The position numbers and the translations under genes are program-made. A stretch of DNA of 63,071 nucleotides, filler included, from Octopus bimaculoides (Eukaryota): the NCBI RefSeq assembly GCF_001194135.2. It is 3 parts of 3 records of this genome, joined end to end, with 100 filler letters (N's around TTAATTAATTAA, not from the genome) between each part and the next. Parts side by side here need not be neighbours in the genome. Positions count along the whole stretch, not along the records: positions 1 to 31,938 come from NC_068995.1; positions 32,039 to 36,251 come from NC_068989.1; positions 36,352 to 63,071 come from NC_068986.1. One strand, 5' to 3'. The stretch's first letter is position 1, and each line of letters begins with the position of its first letter. Shown piece by piece: positions 26,665-39,241 of this stretch. Below the pieces are notes generated by a model. The model did not search any database, was not told the origin of the DNA, and saw only the letters and a program-made list of their open reading frames with translations.

Positions 26665-28816
26665 TTATACATACATACATGTATATGTGTGTGTATTTAG
26701 ACAGACGCTCACACTCTCATACGCACACGGGGATGCAGTGCAAAGAGTTGCCCGCTTTTGTTTATATACCTAATTACAATGTGTATTTGACATTATATCT
26801 ACAATAGATTTGCACTAAAACTAAAGCTACAACAAAAAAACTATTCAAAGAAAAGCACGGAAAATACGAAATGAAACGAGAGAATAAGAACAAGACGCTG
26901 CTAAAGGAAAAAAAAAATTGAAAAGAAAAGCAAATACTTGCGGTTGATTTACTAAACGAAATTCAAATCATTCGACCACAATCTGATAGGCATAAGTTTT
27001 TGCCCAGATATATTTACTTAGGAAGAAAGTGAGATTTGGCAAGTAACGTCAAATAAATAAAACTACACGAATGTTCTTATGAGATCTAAAGATGGGTTGT
27101 ACTGCTTGTACATCACAATTGGCTTACTCACAGCTGTGGAGGAGTTAGTAGCGTAGCTTCAACGAGGTGAAAAATTCTTGTAATATTAAAGTAAAAGAGC
27201 AAAAAAATACCTCAACAAAGCAAAACTACTGCAATAAAACTAACTGAATATAAAAGTAAAAATGTAACCGAAATCACACAAGTAAGCAAAAAGTGATGCA
27301 TCAGCATTGCTTTGGGAATATTGCACACAGGCGTATATTTTTACTTAAGAAAATGTACATATATTTTACGTACCCAGTTATTGTATATAGCTACACTAGC
27401 TCATACAGACACACACGACACACGCACGGATATAATTTAGTACACAGATATAAAATATATATAGATATGTGCATGTGTGTGAGTTTGTGTGTGCATATAT
27501 ATAAGATGTGCTTGTGTAAGTATGTTATATATGTATTATATATTATGTATTATATATATATATATATACATATTCTTTATGCAAATGTATTTCAAATTTA
27601 TCCACCGTATTTTCTTTGCCAGATATGTTATTGAGCGTAGTTTTAACGAATTGCTAATTATTTATCGGAAAATCCCAACGAATTAATGTTTTCTATAGAC
27701 GAAATATCTAGCACCTGAGACAGTGATATAGGGAAAGGAGAAATACCAGCACCCCGGGCTAAAGAAGGTCTTCCTTCACGTAAGATGTTGTTATCTGTTT
27801 GTTGGGATGTAATAGGTTTTGTTATTCTAAACTTTAACTCAGCTAGCCTTATATATACATACATACATACATACATATATATATANNNNNNNNNNNNNNN
27901 NNNNNNNNNNNNNNNNNNNNNNNNNNNNNNNNNNNNNNNNNNNNNNNNNNNNNNNNNNNNNNNNNNNNNNNNNNNNNNNNNNNNNNNNNNNNNNNNNNNN
28001 NNNNNNNNNNNNNNNNNNNNNNNNNNNNNNNNNNNNNNNNNNNNNNNNNNNNNNNNNNNNNNNNNNNNNNNNNNNNNNNNNNNNNNNNNNNNNNNNNNNN
28101 NNNNNNNNNNNNNNNNNNNNNNNNNNNNNNNNNNNNNNNNNNNNNNNNNNNNNNNNNNNNNNNNNNNNNNNNNNNNNNNNNNNNNNNNNNNNNNNNNNNN
28201 NNNNNNNNNNNNNNNNNNNNNNNNNNNNNNNNNNNNNNNNNNNNNNNNNNNNNNNNNNNNNNNNNNNNNNNNNNNNNNNNNNNNNNNNNNNNNNNNNNNN
28301 NNNNNNNNNNNNNNNNNNNNNNNNNNNNNNNNNNNNNNNNNNNNNNNNNNNNNNNNNNNNNNNNNNNNNNNNNNNNNNNNNNNNNNNNNNNNNNNNNNNN
28401 NNNNNNNNNNNNNNNNNNNNNNNNNNNNNNNNNNNNNNNNNNNNNNNNNNNNNNNNNNNNNNNNNNNNNNNNNNNNNNNNNNNNNNNNNNNNNNNNNNNN
28501 NNNNNNNNNNNNNNNNNNNNNNNNNNNNNNNNNNNNNNNNNNNNNNNNNNNNNNNNNNNNNNNNNNNNNNNNNNNNNNNNNNNNNNNNNNNNNNNNNNNN
28601 NNNNNNNNNNNNNNNNNNNNNNNNNNNNNNNNNNNNNNNNNNNNNNNNNNNNNNNNNNNNNNNNNNNNNNNNNNNNNNNNNNNNNNNNNNNNNNNNNNNN
28701 NNNNNNNNNNNNNNNNNNNNNNNNNNNNNNNNNNNNNNNNNNNNNNNNNNNNNNNNNNNNNNNNNNNNNNNNNNNNNNNNNNNNNNNNNNNNNNNNNNNN
28801 NNNNNNNNNNNNNNNN

Positions 28817-28878
<62 letters not shown>

Positions 28879-29035
28879 TTCACACACACATATATATGAC
28901 TACACACACATAATATATATATAACTCACCGACAAAGAGTACGACTGTATCACCGACTTGAAATGTAGCTCTAGTCTTCTTTGGCATAAAAAATATGTTA
29001 GCAGTTCCAACATGTGAAACACAACGCCTCACTAA

Positions 29036-29568
29036 CTTTTTAGGCATCCTCGAGATTACGATGTACGAAAATCATTTTCAAAAGTGTGAATATTGCTTTA
29101 AATATATTCATAATAATTGAAAATAGTATCTCGACAATTGCTTCATTCTATGAAACGAAGTCTTAGAGAAACTACACGAATTCAAAATATTACTCAATGA
29201 AATTAACAATGCTATACAGTTCTGTGAGAATATAGCCAAGATTAACTTCCATTTTTAGCTATCCAAATAAAGTCAATAATTAAATAAAGACTAACATTTT
29301 CTATGAACCTATGGACTCCAAATCTTTTCAATTCGTATCGTCTGAGATACACAAAAGTAAATGTCCCTTATAACCTCGCCAAAAATATCTGCTCCATTGT
29401 ATACGATGAAAACATCCGTCAAATACAACTTCAATAAGTTGAAAATACGCCTCCTGACTGAAATTATTCACCACTCTTAATTGCTTATGGAATAAAACGA
29501 GTCAAAAAAATTGTCCAGGCACTAAGGTAGACCATGGAAAAAAACTATACGTTGCTATCCACAATACT
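29036..29568 (+). mobile_element. Penelope-like element reverse transcriptase remnant
   Basis: FLGILEITMY...K*YLDNCFIL*NE (YLDD-like motif at 29127-29138)...LLNEINNAIQF...IFYEPMDSK...TKVNVPYNLAKNICSIVYDEN...LYVAIHN, with several stops and frameshifts. Confidence 0.85.
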
Positions 29569-29609
29569 CACGGACCTGGGCTTCTGGGTATTGACCCGTC
29601 ATCAGCGTG
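29569..29609 (-). ncRNA. Degenerate minimal type I hammerhead ribozyme
   Basis: Minus strand reads cacg CTGATGA c gggt caat accc a GAAG cc ca gg TC cgtg. Stem I is cacg/cgtg, stem II gggt/accc, stem III short. The core GAAA is mutated to GAAG. Confidence 0.65.
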
Positions 29610-29739
29610 TGGCAATCACCGGTTGTCGATGTGAAGTGCTTATACCTCGCTGAGAGATTTATTATTGCTTGTTTACACTTTTTCGTGATCAGTGACTTTT
29701 CGTCATTGGAAAAAGGATATATGTATTTGCATTCAAGAC

Positions 29740-29785
<46 letters not shown>
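29740..29785. repeat. Poly(A) tract of about 45 nt
   Basis: Directly visible, bounding the Penelope-associated segment. Confidence 0.9.
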
Positions 29786-29786
<1 letters not shown>

Positions 29787-29985
29787 CAACTCCAAAATGA
29801 TTCGAAAATAGAATTCTCGAAAATAATAGATTCCAAAATTTAAAAACGCAATTAATTCCAAGATTTAAAATAACTGCAAGAACTTAGTTGCCAACCCAAT
29901 ATATTAATGGCCATACACACATGCATGCAAACATACACACATACATACATACATATACACACATATATATATATGCGTGTATATG

Positions 29986-30057
<72 letters not shown>

Positions 30058-30103
30058 ATATTGTACTCATGTATACCTTCATACGCATAAACTTGTACAC
30101 ACA

Positions 30104-30142
<39 letters not shown>

Positions 30143-31062
30143 CATGCTACTCCAGCCGCTAGCGTTGAGGAGGAAACTCCATAGACTCTTAGGATTATAA
30201 CACCGATATCTCTGAAAAAACACCATATTGTTTTAAAATGTTGACAGACGATTTGGGTCGTGTAAAAATAGATAAACACATTCTTGAATGTGGAAAAGAG
30301 AAGATAGTAGATCACAATAGGTTGTGTGGAAAACATATACCATTTCAAATAAGAACTGACTAAGTGCAGAAGAGAACAACAACCGTAGCAATAGAACCGT
30401 TTCATAAACGTTGATCTATTGCTAAATACTAACAACAGCCATAACAATCTCAAAACTAATATTTTCATTTAGATGTTCTGAACTGTTGGTAACTAATATA
30501 TTTGCCATGGACACATACTACTAGAAACTTGAACTGGGTTGCTATATAACCACCTCTGTCAGTACTGAAATCTGATTATAACGACTCTGATATCATCTTT
30601 CTGAAAACTGCTATTCTAGAAAATGAGATAGAGAAAGTATATTTCTTACTCTAGGGAGACACATAGATGCCATGCGTTGCTAGTCATTATAGTCGGATGA
30701 TGTTAGTTTTACGATGGGATCTCTATATTCTAACAGAGTAATTGATCGGTGTCAGTTTAAGCACTTATTACGTGAACACTGCCGGTGTGAAGAAGATTTC
30801 TTAGACATACACCCATACGTACAATCGAACGAATACATTCGCATCTACGCATATAGCGAAGTAGAGTGAAACATAAATTTACATCCACTCTTAGACACGC
30901 AAACACAATCACACATATATATGCGTATATACACAAGCACGCACAGGTACATGCATACGTAAAAATACACTTAGTCGTGCTCACCCACACATTGAAAGAT
31001 GCAACATATATACACTTATATATGTATATATATAAGTGTATATAAATATATATATATACACG

Positions 31063-31163
<101 letters not shown>

Positions 31164-31752
31164 TTATGTATATGTATATGTATGTATATTTTTATATATA
31201 CTTATGTATGTACATAAATGCGTGTGTTTGTATATGCACATATATCACGTGCATATATCCAAAAACGTAAATACGTCATTTAGATAGTTGCGATAGTTGA
31301 GACTTCACACTTACTAAGTTGACTTTATATTCCCTCCATAAAAAGTAGATAAAAACTTTGTAGTTGCACACTTGGACTTGCTGCATTCAACTGACAGCCG
31401 AGAGAGAAAAGCCAGTGTGATAAAGGATTTTATTAGCGATGTTGCACAAGGCAAAATCTGAAAGAAAAAAAAATGCTTCGAGTTACGCAACAGTGTTAAA
31501 AATACTCTTATTTCGTTTAATTTTGACCATATTAATACAGAAAAGGTGTGATAATTAAAGAAGATACATCAATCTGAAACTATGAAAGCAGTACAATTAG
31601 GTGATTGACCACTCTATCATTTCCAATGGCGTAGTTCTATTCATTTTCGAATATCGATATCTGCATCTATATCTGTATTCATATACCTGTGTATGTATGT
31701 AAGTATGTGAGTATGTATGCATGTATGTATGTATGTATCTATAATATATGTA

Positions 31753-31916
31753 GGCGCAGGCGTGGCTGTGTAGTAAATGGCTTGCTTACAAACCACGGGG
31801 TCCCGGGTTCAGTCCCACTGCATGGCACCTTGCGCTAGTGTCTTCTACTATAGCCTCGGGCTGACCAAAGCCTTGTGAGTGGATTTGGTAGACGGAAACT
31901 GAAAGAAGCCCGTCGT
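31753..31916 (+). mobile_element. SINE family B, 5' half (tRNA-like head)
   Basis: ggcgcaggcgtggctgtgtagtaa...ccgggttcagtcccactg...gagtggatttggtagacggaaactgaaagaagcccgtcg, then (TA)n and a gap. Confidence 0.85.
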
Positions 31917-31982
31917 ATATATATATATATATATATATNNNNNNNNNNNNNNNNNNNNNNNNNNNNNNNNNNNNNNNNNNNN

Positions 31983-31994
31983 TTAATTAATTAA
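31983..31994. other. Artificial ttaattaattaa pad inside an N gap
   Basis: The identical 12-mer is embedded in Ns here and at 36296-36307. Confidence 0.85.
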
Positions 31995-32038
31995 NNNNNN
32001 NNNNNNNNNNNNNNNNNNNNNNNNNNNNNNNNNNNNNN

Positions 32039-32101
<63 letters not shown>

Positions 32102-32589
32102 ATTTGGTATAGTTTTCTGGAAGTATAATAAGGGCAGTGAATGATGTTAGTTACGGAGATAAGATTTATCTGTTTCTGACGGGTATTTCGTTTGTAATTC
32201 CTGTTTTGTTTTTGTAAACTAAATCAAATGAACTGGGTCAGACGAGGCTGATGAAAAACAATGGCGTCTATAAACATACAAACCGACGAGATGAGGGTAA
32301 TGTTAACTTTCCTTACTACCACCACCGTCACCACCACCACCACCGTTACTACATCTTTGTATTCATCATCATCATCACCACCACCATCATCATTATCACC
32401 ATCATCATGATCATCATTATGCATTGCCATATACGATACAAACGGCAACGCCATCTGTAACATACCAATACTAGAGAACCGAGCTTACCATCAGCGATTC
32501 CACTAACACTTCAACCATTACCGTTAGTGGTATACAAGAACACCGCCGCCGTCTGCGCCATTGTCGGTGTCTCTGTCTTTCCTTTGACA

Positions 32590-32808
32590 CTTACTTATTT
32601 CAGTCATTGGAGTGTGGCCATGCTGCAGTACTGTTGAGCTGTTTCGTCGAACAGATCGACTCTAGTACTGTTTTTTTTTTCTTTTCTTTTTTTGTTAATC
32701 CCGGTAATTATTTTATCGTTTCCTTTGGCCGAATCGCTAATTCATGGGAACGTAACGAAATCAACACTAGTTGTGAAGCGGCATGGGGGACAAACACACA
32801 CACACACA
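32590..32808 (-). mobile_element. SINE family B, 3' half
   Basis: Homologous to 49929-50120 (cagtcatt...ggccatgctg...ttggccgaatcgctaa...ggggacaaacacacac), then (CA)n and a gap. Confidence 0.75.
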
Positions 32809-33839
32809 NNNNNNNNNNNNNNNNNNNNNNNNNNNNNNNNNNNNNNNNNNNNNNNNNNNNNNNNNNNNNNNNNNNNNNNNNNNNNNNNNNNNNNNNNNNN
32901 NNNNNNNNNNNNNNNNNNNNNNNNNNNNNNNNNNNNNNNNNNNNNNNNNNNNNNNNNNNNNNNNNNNNNNNNNNNNNNNNNNNNNNNNNNNNNNNNNNNN
33001 NNNNNNNNNNNNNNNNNNNNNNNNNNNNNNNNNNNNNNNNNNNNNNNNNNNNNNNNNNNNNNNNNNNNNNNNNNNNNNNNNNNNNNNNNNNNNNNNNNNN
33101 NNNNNNNNNNNNNNNNNNNNNNNNNNNNNNNNNNNNNNNNNNNNNNNNNNNNNNNNNNNNNNNNNNNNNNNNNNNNNNNNNNNNNNNNNNNNNNNNNNNN
33201 NNNNNNNNNNNNNNNNNNNNNNNNNNNNNNNNNNNNNNNNNNNNNNNNNNNNATGTATGTATGTATACAGGAAGAAGAAGATGGAAATTGTGAAGCTAAT
33301 AAGAGTCTATTATCAACACCAAATCGATCATTATCCCTTACAGCTGTTTCAGTTATACACAGTGTGAAATTAATTAAATATCAGGTTCATATTTCTGAGC
33401 ATAATCACTGCAGAGGACAAAAAGTATACGATATGTTTGTTTATAGATTCATCACAGCAAACTAATATATATATTAACGAATAACTCCCACACAAATTCC
33501 GTGAACCAAATCTATTCAGAAAATATTGGTCAGTCCTGGGTTACAAGAAAAACCCCTTGCCCAATGTGCCACGCAATGGGCCTGATCCCAAAGCCATGTT
33601 TTTGCAAAGCAAGCTTGTTAACCATACAGCTATGTTTGCAAATGTTTTCTACATAGGTAAGCTTACGGAAGTACAAGGTGTAATGGGTGTGCAGTATTTA
33701 GCAGTCTATATGATACAGAAAAACGAAACATACCATTCAAATACCATCATACCACAGCATTTGGATGGTGTATTTTATTTTTCTGATAGCATCTTCACAG
33801 CCATCCATCTTCATTAATGATAGCACTAACCCTAACGCC

Positions 33840-34130
33840 ATCACTCTACCCACCACCACCACCACCACCATTGCCACCGTCGCCGCCAATAACTCCAAAC
33901 GAACACCACCACCGCCAACAATAACAACACTACAACCAAACCACCACCACCACCACCTACCCCACCACAAACACCATCACCATCACCACCACAACCACCA
34001 ATCTCAACACCACCATCACCACCATCACCACCATCATTACCGCCATTACCAATCCAACAACACCACCACCGCCACTACCACCATAACCACCACAACCACC
34101 AACACCGCCGCCGCCGCCGCCGCCGCTACA
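33840..34130. repeat. Degenerate (CAC)/(ACC)/(GCC) trinucleotide array
   Basis: Directly visible; source of the poly-H/T/A ORF. Confidence 0.9.
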
Positions 34131-34662
34131 TCAACAGAGCACTTTTTTGTGTATGCGTGTATGCGTGCAGATTTGTATGTTTTGCTTTATGTATGTTATC
34201 AATCAGATTCATTTCTGTATTTCTTGTCCATAGAGAAAGAGCCGGACTCTAACATAGATTCAAATGTATGTATGTATGTATGTATGTATGTATGTATGTA
34301 TGTATGTATGTATGTATGTCACCGTTCAGTTTTATTTCAAGATTTCTCGCTANNNNNNNNNNNNNNNNNNNNNNNNNNNNNNNNNNNNNNNNNNNNNNNN
34401 NNNNNNNNNNNNNNNNNNNNNNNNNNNNNNNNNNNNNNNNNNNNNNNNNNNNNNNNNNNNNNNNNNNNNNNNNNNNNNNNNNNNNNNNNNNNNNNNNNNN
34501 NNNNNNNNNNNNNNNNNNNNNNNNNNNNNNNNNNNNNNNNNNNNNNNNNNNNNNNNNNNNNNNNNNNNNNNNNNNNNNNNNNNNNNNNNNNNNNNNNNNN
34601 NNNNNNNNNNNNNNNNNNNNNNNNNNNNNNNNNNNNCCCACACAGCCACTCAAAGTAATGTA

Positions 34663-34712
<50 letters not shown>

Positions 34713-35524
34713 TGTGTGCGTGTGCGTATTTGTTTTATATAGGCATCCGTGTGTACATTCCAAATGCGTGAGCGAAGGGCGTGGACCCTAGTCGGTAAAT
34801 CGCAAGAACGGAACAAACCCGATTGCTTACCAAGTTTAATCAAAGGAACTCAAACGGTTTTAATTAAGGAACCTCGAGTCGGTTCTTCTCAGCTGTTGTC
34901 CAACTGAAGTCGAAACAGTTAAATAGTCGCTGCTGATTTCTTCATCCTATCATCACAAGCACCTCCTCACTGACAAAATCTTAAGATTTATAGACATAGT
35001 TAACTCCCACAAGATTACACCTCTATCTCGCCTCCTCCTTTCAACTTATCTCTATTTTCTTCATAAGTTACCTAACGTATATTGGGTTCTTATCTGCCCG
35101 AAGGGTTTTCTCATCTGTCTGTCTGTCTGTCTCTCTCGCCTCACATCCATTTCTCTCTCTCTCTCTCTCTATCTCTCTTTCTCTCTCTCTCTCCCCTCTC
35201 TCTGTCTCTCTCTCTCTCTCGCCTTCTCCATCTCTTTCTTTCCTTGTTCTTCATCCTTCTCCCCACTCTCTCTCTCTCNNNNNNNNNNNNNNNNNNNNNN
35301 NNNNNNNNNNNNNNNNNNNNNNNNNNNNNNNNNNNNNNNNNNNNNNNNNNNNNNNNNNNNNNNNNNNNNNNNNNNNNNTGTATGTATGTATGTATGTATG
35401 TATGTGTGTGTGTATGTGTGTGTGTGAGCTTGTAAAGTTATATATGCCTGTTTCGTTCCCTCTATTTTTGTCTGTGTGTGTACACATACACATGTGTATA
35501 CATGTATATATATATATATGCATT

Positions 35525-35567
<43 letters not shown>

Positions 35568-36214
35568 AAATTCTTGTATGTGTATGCGTGTGTGTTCCTA
35601 TGTGTTGAGATATAAATATAGTTTTAGTTCTTCCAGCTTCTTTCTTTCATCCTCTCCTTTTAATTCTTATTTTCACATTTTCGCAAATATCCTTTCTCGC
35701 TCTCTGACCCTCTCTCTCTCTCCCTCTTTCTCTGTCTGTTTGTCAGTCTGTATGTATGTGTGTGTGTGTGTCTGTAAATTTGAGCGTATGTAAGATCTTG
35801 TGTATGTATTAACATGCATATCTGTCTATCCTGCTTTCTGTCTGTCTATGTATGTGTATGTATGTATGTGTGTATATATATGTTTGTATGTATGTATGTG
35901 TATGTATATATGTATATGTATGTATATATGTATATATATACATATATATATATGTATAAGTATATATATATGTATGTATATATATATTTATGTATATATA
36001 TATATATGTATGTATGTGCATATATATAGATATGTGTATGTATATATAAGTATGTACATATATATATATATGTATATATATGTATATATATATATATATG
36101 TATGTATATATATATATGTATATATATGTATGTATATATATATATATATGTATGTGTATAGATGCATGTATATATATATGTATGTGTATATATATATATA
36201 TATATACATATATA

Positions 36215-36251
<37 letters not shown>

Positions 36252-36295
36252 NNNNNNNNNNNNNNNNNNNNNNNNNNNNNNNNNNNNNNNNNNNN

Positions 36296-36307
36296 TTAAT
36301 TAATTAA
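36296..36307. other. Artificial ttaattaattaa pad inside an N gap
   Basis: Same as 31983-31994. Confidence 0.85.
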
Positions 36308-36358
36308 NNNNNNNNNNNNNNNNNNNNNNNNNNNNNNNNNNNNNNNNNNNNTATGTAT

Positions 36359-36636
36359 ATGCTAATAATATAGCCTGAACAGGATAAACTATCCCTATTT
36401 TGCAGAGAAAAGTGTAGGTGGCTAGCTGTGGACATTTAACATATGAGAGCGTCTCATAAAGCGAAATTTATATATCTTAATTTGCAGAGGAATTTGTAGT
36501 GGGTAGCTTAGCTTAATCGGTCAAAGCATCGTGACATGTAATCACGGGGACGTGAGTTCGCGTCCACAGCTAGCCACCTACACTTTTCTCTGCAAAATAG
36601 GGATAGTTTATCCTGTTCAGGCTATATTATTAGCAT
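36359..36636. repeat. Perfect 75-bp inverted repeat (36359-36433 / 36562-36636)
   Basis: The arms are exact reverse complements, checked base by base. Confidence 0.95.
36501..36576 (+). tRNA. tRNA-Thr(TGT)-like pseudogene or tRNA-derived element
   Basis: D arm GCTT-aatcggtca-AAGC; anticodon arm CGTGA-catgtaa-TCACG; T loop GTTCG; acceptor GGGTAGCT/AGCTAGCC with one mismatch; imperfect T stem. Confidence 0.55.
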
Positions 36637-36849
36637 TATTCTGCGATTGAGAATTTAAAATCACTTCTTTAACTTTCTAATAGACGTCTCAACGCTTCTA
36701 AAAGCAAACTTTGTTTGCTTATTTACGTTTGTCGTAATTTGAATTTAATATCTCTCTCTCTCTCTATATATATATGTATATATATATAGTGACAACGAAA
36801 GAATGAAACCTCGATATTAGGTAAAGAGAGGATTTTTATATTTATATAT

Positions 36850-37663
36850 TTACAGTTATAGATTTTGTGGTCAGATGAGACAAAAGTCGAGTTATTTGGA
36901 AAAAATACGAAACGCTACGTTTGGCAGAAAAAAGGCACTGCTCACCAACGACGTCACGCCGTCTCCTCTGTGAAGCATGGCGGTGGCTCGATCATGCTTT
37001 GGGACTGTTTTTCAGCTGCAGGGCCTGCAGAGTTAATAACCATCCAAGGTATCATGGACGGTGTCAAGTACCAAGAAATATTGGAGGCAAACCTGCTGAA
37101 GTCTGTTAGAGCTCTGCGCTTGGGACGCAATTTCAAGTTCGAACAAGATAACGACCACAAAGATGTGTCAAAAAGCAATAAAGCTTGTTTCGCTAGCTAG
37201 AATATTACAGTTTTGGCCCAGCCAGTCTCCGGACCTCAATCCTATAGAAAATCTATAGCGAGATCTAAAGCTGGCTGTGCACCGAAGTTCCCCATCCAAT
37301 CTGACACAGCTCGAGAAGTTCTGCCATGAAGAATAGCGAAAACTGTCAGCAGACCACTGCAGTAAGCTCGTGGAAGGCTAACCGAGGCGTCTGCAGGCTG
37401 TAATTGACACAGTAGGATCATCCGCAAAGTATTAGTCGAAGACATTCCAAAGGGAGTGTAGACATTTCCAAAGACATTTTTCTAAGTTATATGAATTTAA
37501 GAATCAGTGTGAAAGATTTAAAATGTCATTTTTATATCAAAGGTAAGTGTTATGGATCTGCTTATTATTTAACAATCATTGGAATTGAAAAAAATATGTT
37601 ATTCCTTGTTAAATTATACAAAATATATGAATTTTCAAAGGGAGTGTAGACTTTTGCAAGGCA

Positions 37664-37666
<3 letters not shown>
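36850..37666 (+). mobile_element. 5'-truncated Tc1 (DD34E) transposon with intact right IR/DR end
   Basis: WSDETKVELFG...VKHGGGSIMLW...EQDNDHK...PSQSPDLNPIENL. Direct repeat caaagggagtgtagac at 37448-37463 and 37636-37651. It ends cttttgcaaggcactg|TA. Confidence 0.95.
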
Positions 37667-37711
<45 letters not shown>

Positions 37712-38163
37712 NNNNNNNNNNNNNNNNNNNNNNNNNNNNNNNNNNNNNNNNNNNNNNNNNNNNNNNNNNNNNNNNNNNNNNNNNNNNNNNNNNNNNNNNN
37801 NNNNNNNNNNNNNNNNNNNNNNNNNNNNNNNNNNNNNNNNNNNNNNNNNNNNNNNNNNNNNNNNNNNNNNNNNNNNNNNNNNNNNNNNNNNNNNNNNNNN
37901 NNNNNNNNNNNNNNNNNNNNNNNNNNNNNNNNNNNNNNNNNNNNNNNNNNNNNNNNNNNNNNNNNNNNNNNNNNNNNNNNNNNNNNNNNNNNNNNNNNNN
38001 NNNNNNNNNNNNNNNNNNNNNNNNNNNNNNNNNNNNNNNNNNNNNNNNNNNNNNNNNNNNNNNNNNNNNNNNNNNNNNNNNNNNNNNNNNNNNNNNNNNN
38101 NNNNNNNNNNNNNNNNNNNNNNNNNNNNNNNNNNNNNNNNNNNNNNNNNNNNNNNNNNNNNNN

Positions 38164-38237
<74 letters not shown>

Positions 38238-38719
38238 ACGAAAATTCCTCCTCACATACACATAAGTGTCTACTTGCATACATATATATTTAGACATTTA
38301 TACACATAAATATACGTATATACATATACGTACACATCCTCCTATCACACGCATATACCCACGCATATACAAGCATATACATATCCGTATAAACGAAGGG
38401 GACATGTGCATGAAAGTCGCACTTATGCACCGAACATAGTCCTACAGTCATATACATATATACATACATACATGCATACATATATACATACATACATACA
38501 TACACGCATACACATATATACACACGCGCACACATATACAATTAATATACACATACATATACATATACTCACACACGTACACATTCACACAATTAAAAAG
38601 GAAAAAAATAGAAAAAATATAAATATATATATAAAATTTTTAATTGATAAGACATGGAAAGCTTGTGCAGGAACATAGTAAAATGCGGATTCTATCAGTG
38701 ATGTTGGGGGGGGGGACCA

Positions 38720-39235
38720 TAACAGGTATTTTGTCATATGTGGACATGATCCCAAAAGTTCAGTTCTTGAACTTAGACATGTAGCGGTGTCCAAAGAACT
38801 TTTCCAGATGAGCCATCTTCCCATATTACAAAAACAGCACTTGCCACTACCGTTTGTATAAGTTTTACACTTGATCAGGATCCTACAGTAAATCCTATAG
38901 CCAATACCTTGTTCTTTTAAGAACCATTGGATAACTGATTGGATAATTTGGTAGTTTTTCGTTTATCCCAGTGTCTGAAGTTTAAGGTATGATTGTTGAA
39001 CCTTGCTTTGAAAATTTCCTCCGTGAGATCTACATATCTCTTTGACGAGATTGTGTTATTAGCGTTTGTAGGAATTACGGTGGCTTAATAAATAATGGCC
39101 TCGGTCAAACAGGCTCCATTTAGCGGGCACAAGTCTTTATCCCTGCAGGAACAACCGGCTTCGTGTTGTTGTTTTGCGTTGTGTATAATTATGTTTTTAA
39201 AATTTGGGATTGAACTAAAACTCTGTTGTTATTGT
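38720..39235 (-). mobile_element. Penelope-like GIY-YIG endonuclease remnant
   Basis: SSIPNFKNIIIHNAK...CSCRDKDLCPLNGACLTEAIIY*ATV...KRYVDLTEEIFKARFNNH...CCFCN...SSRTELLGSCPHMTKYLL. Confidence 0.85.
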
Positions 39236-39241
39236 TGTTGT

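Noticed and set aside
27699-27779. Segment with good acceptor and donor
   Set aside because: It has stops in all three frames; at most a UTR exon, with no supporting evidence.
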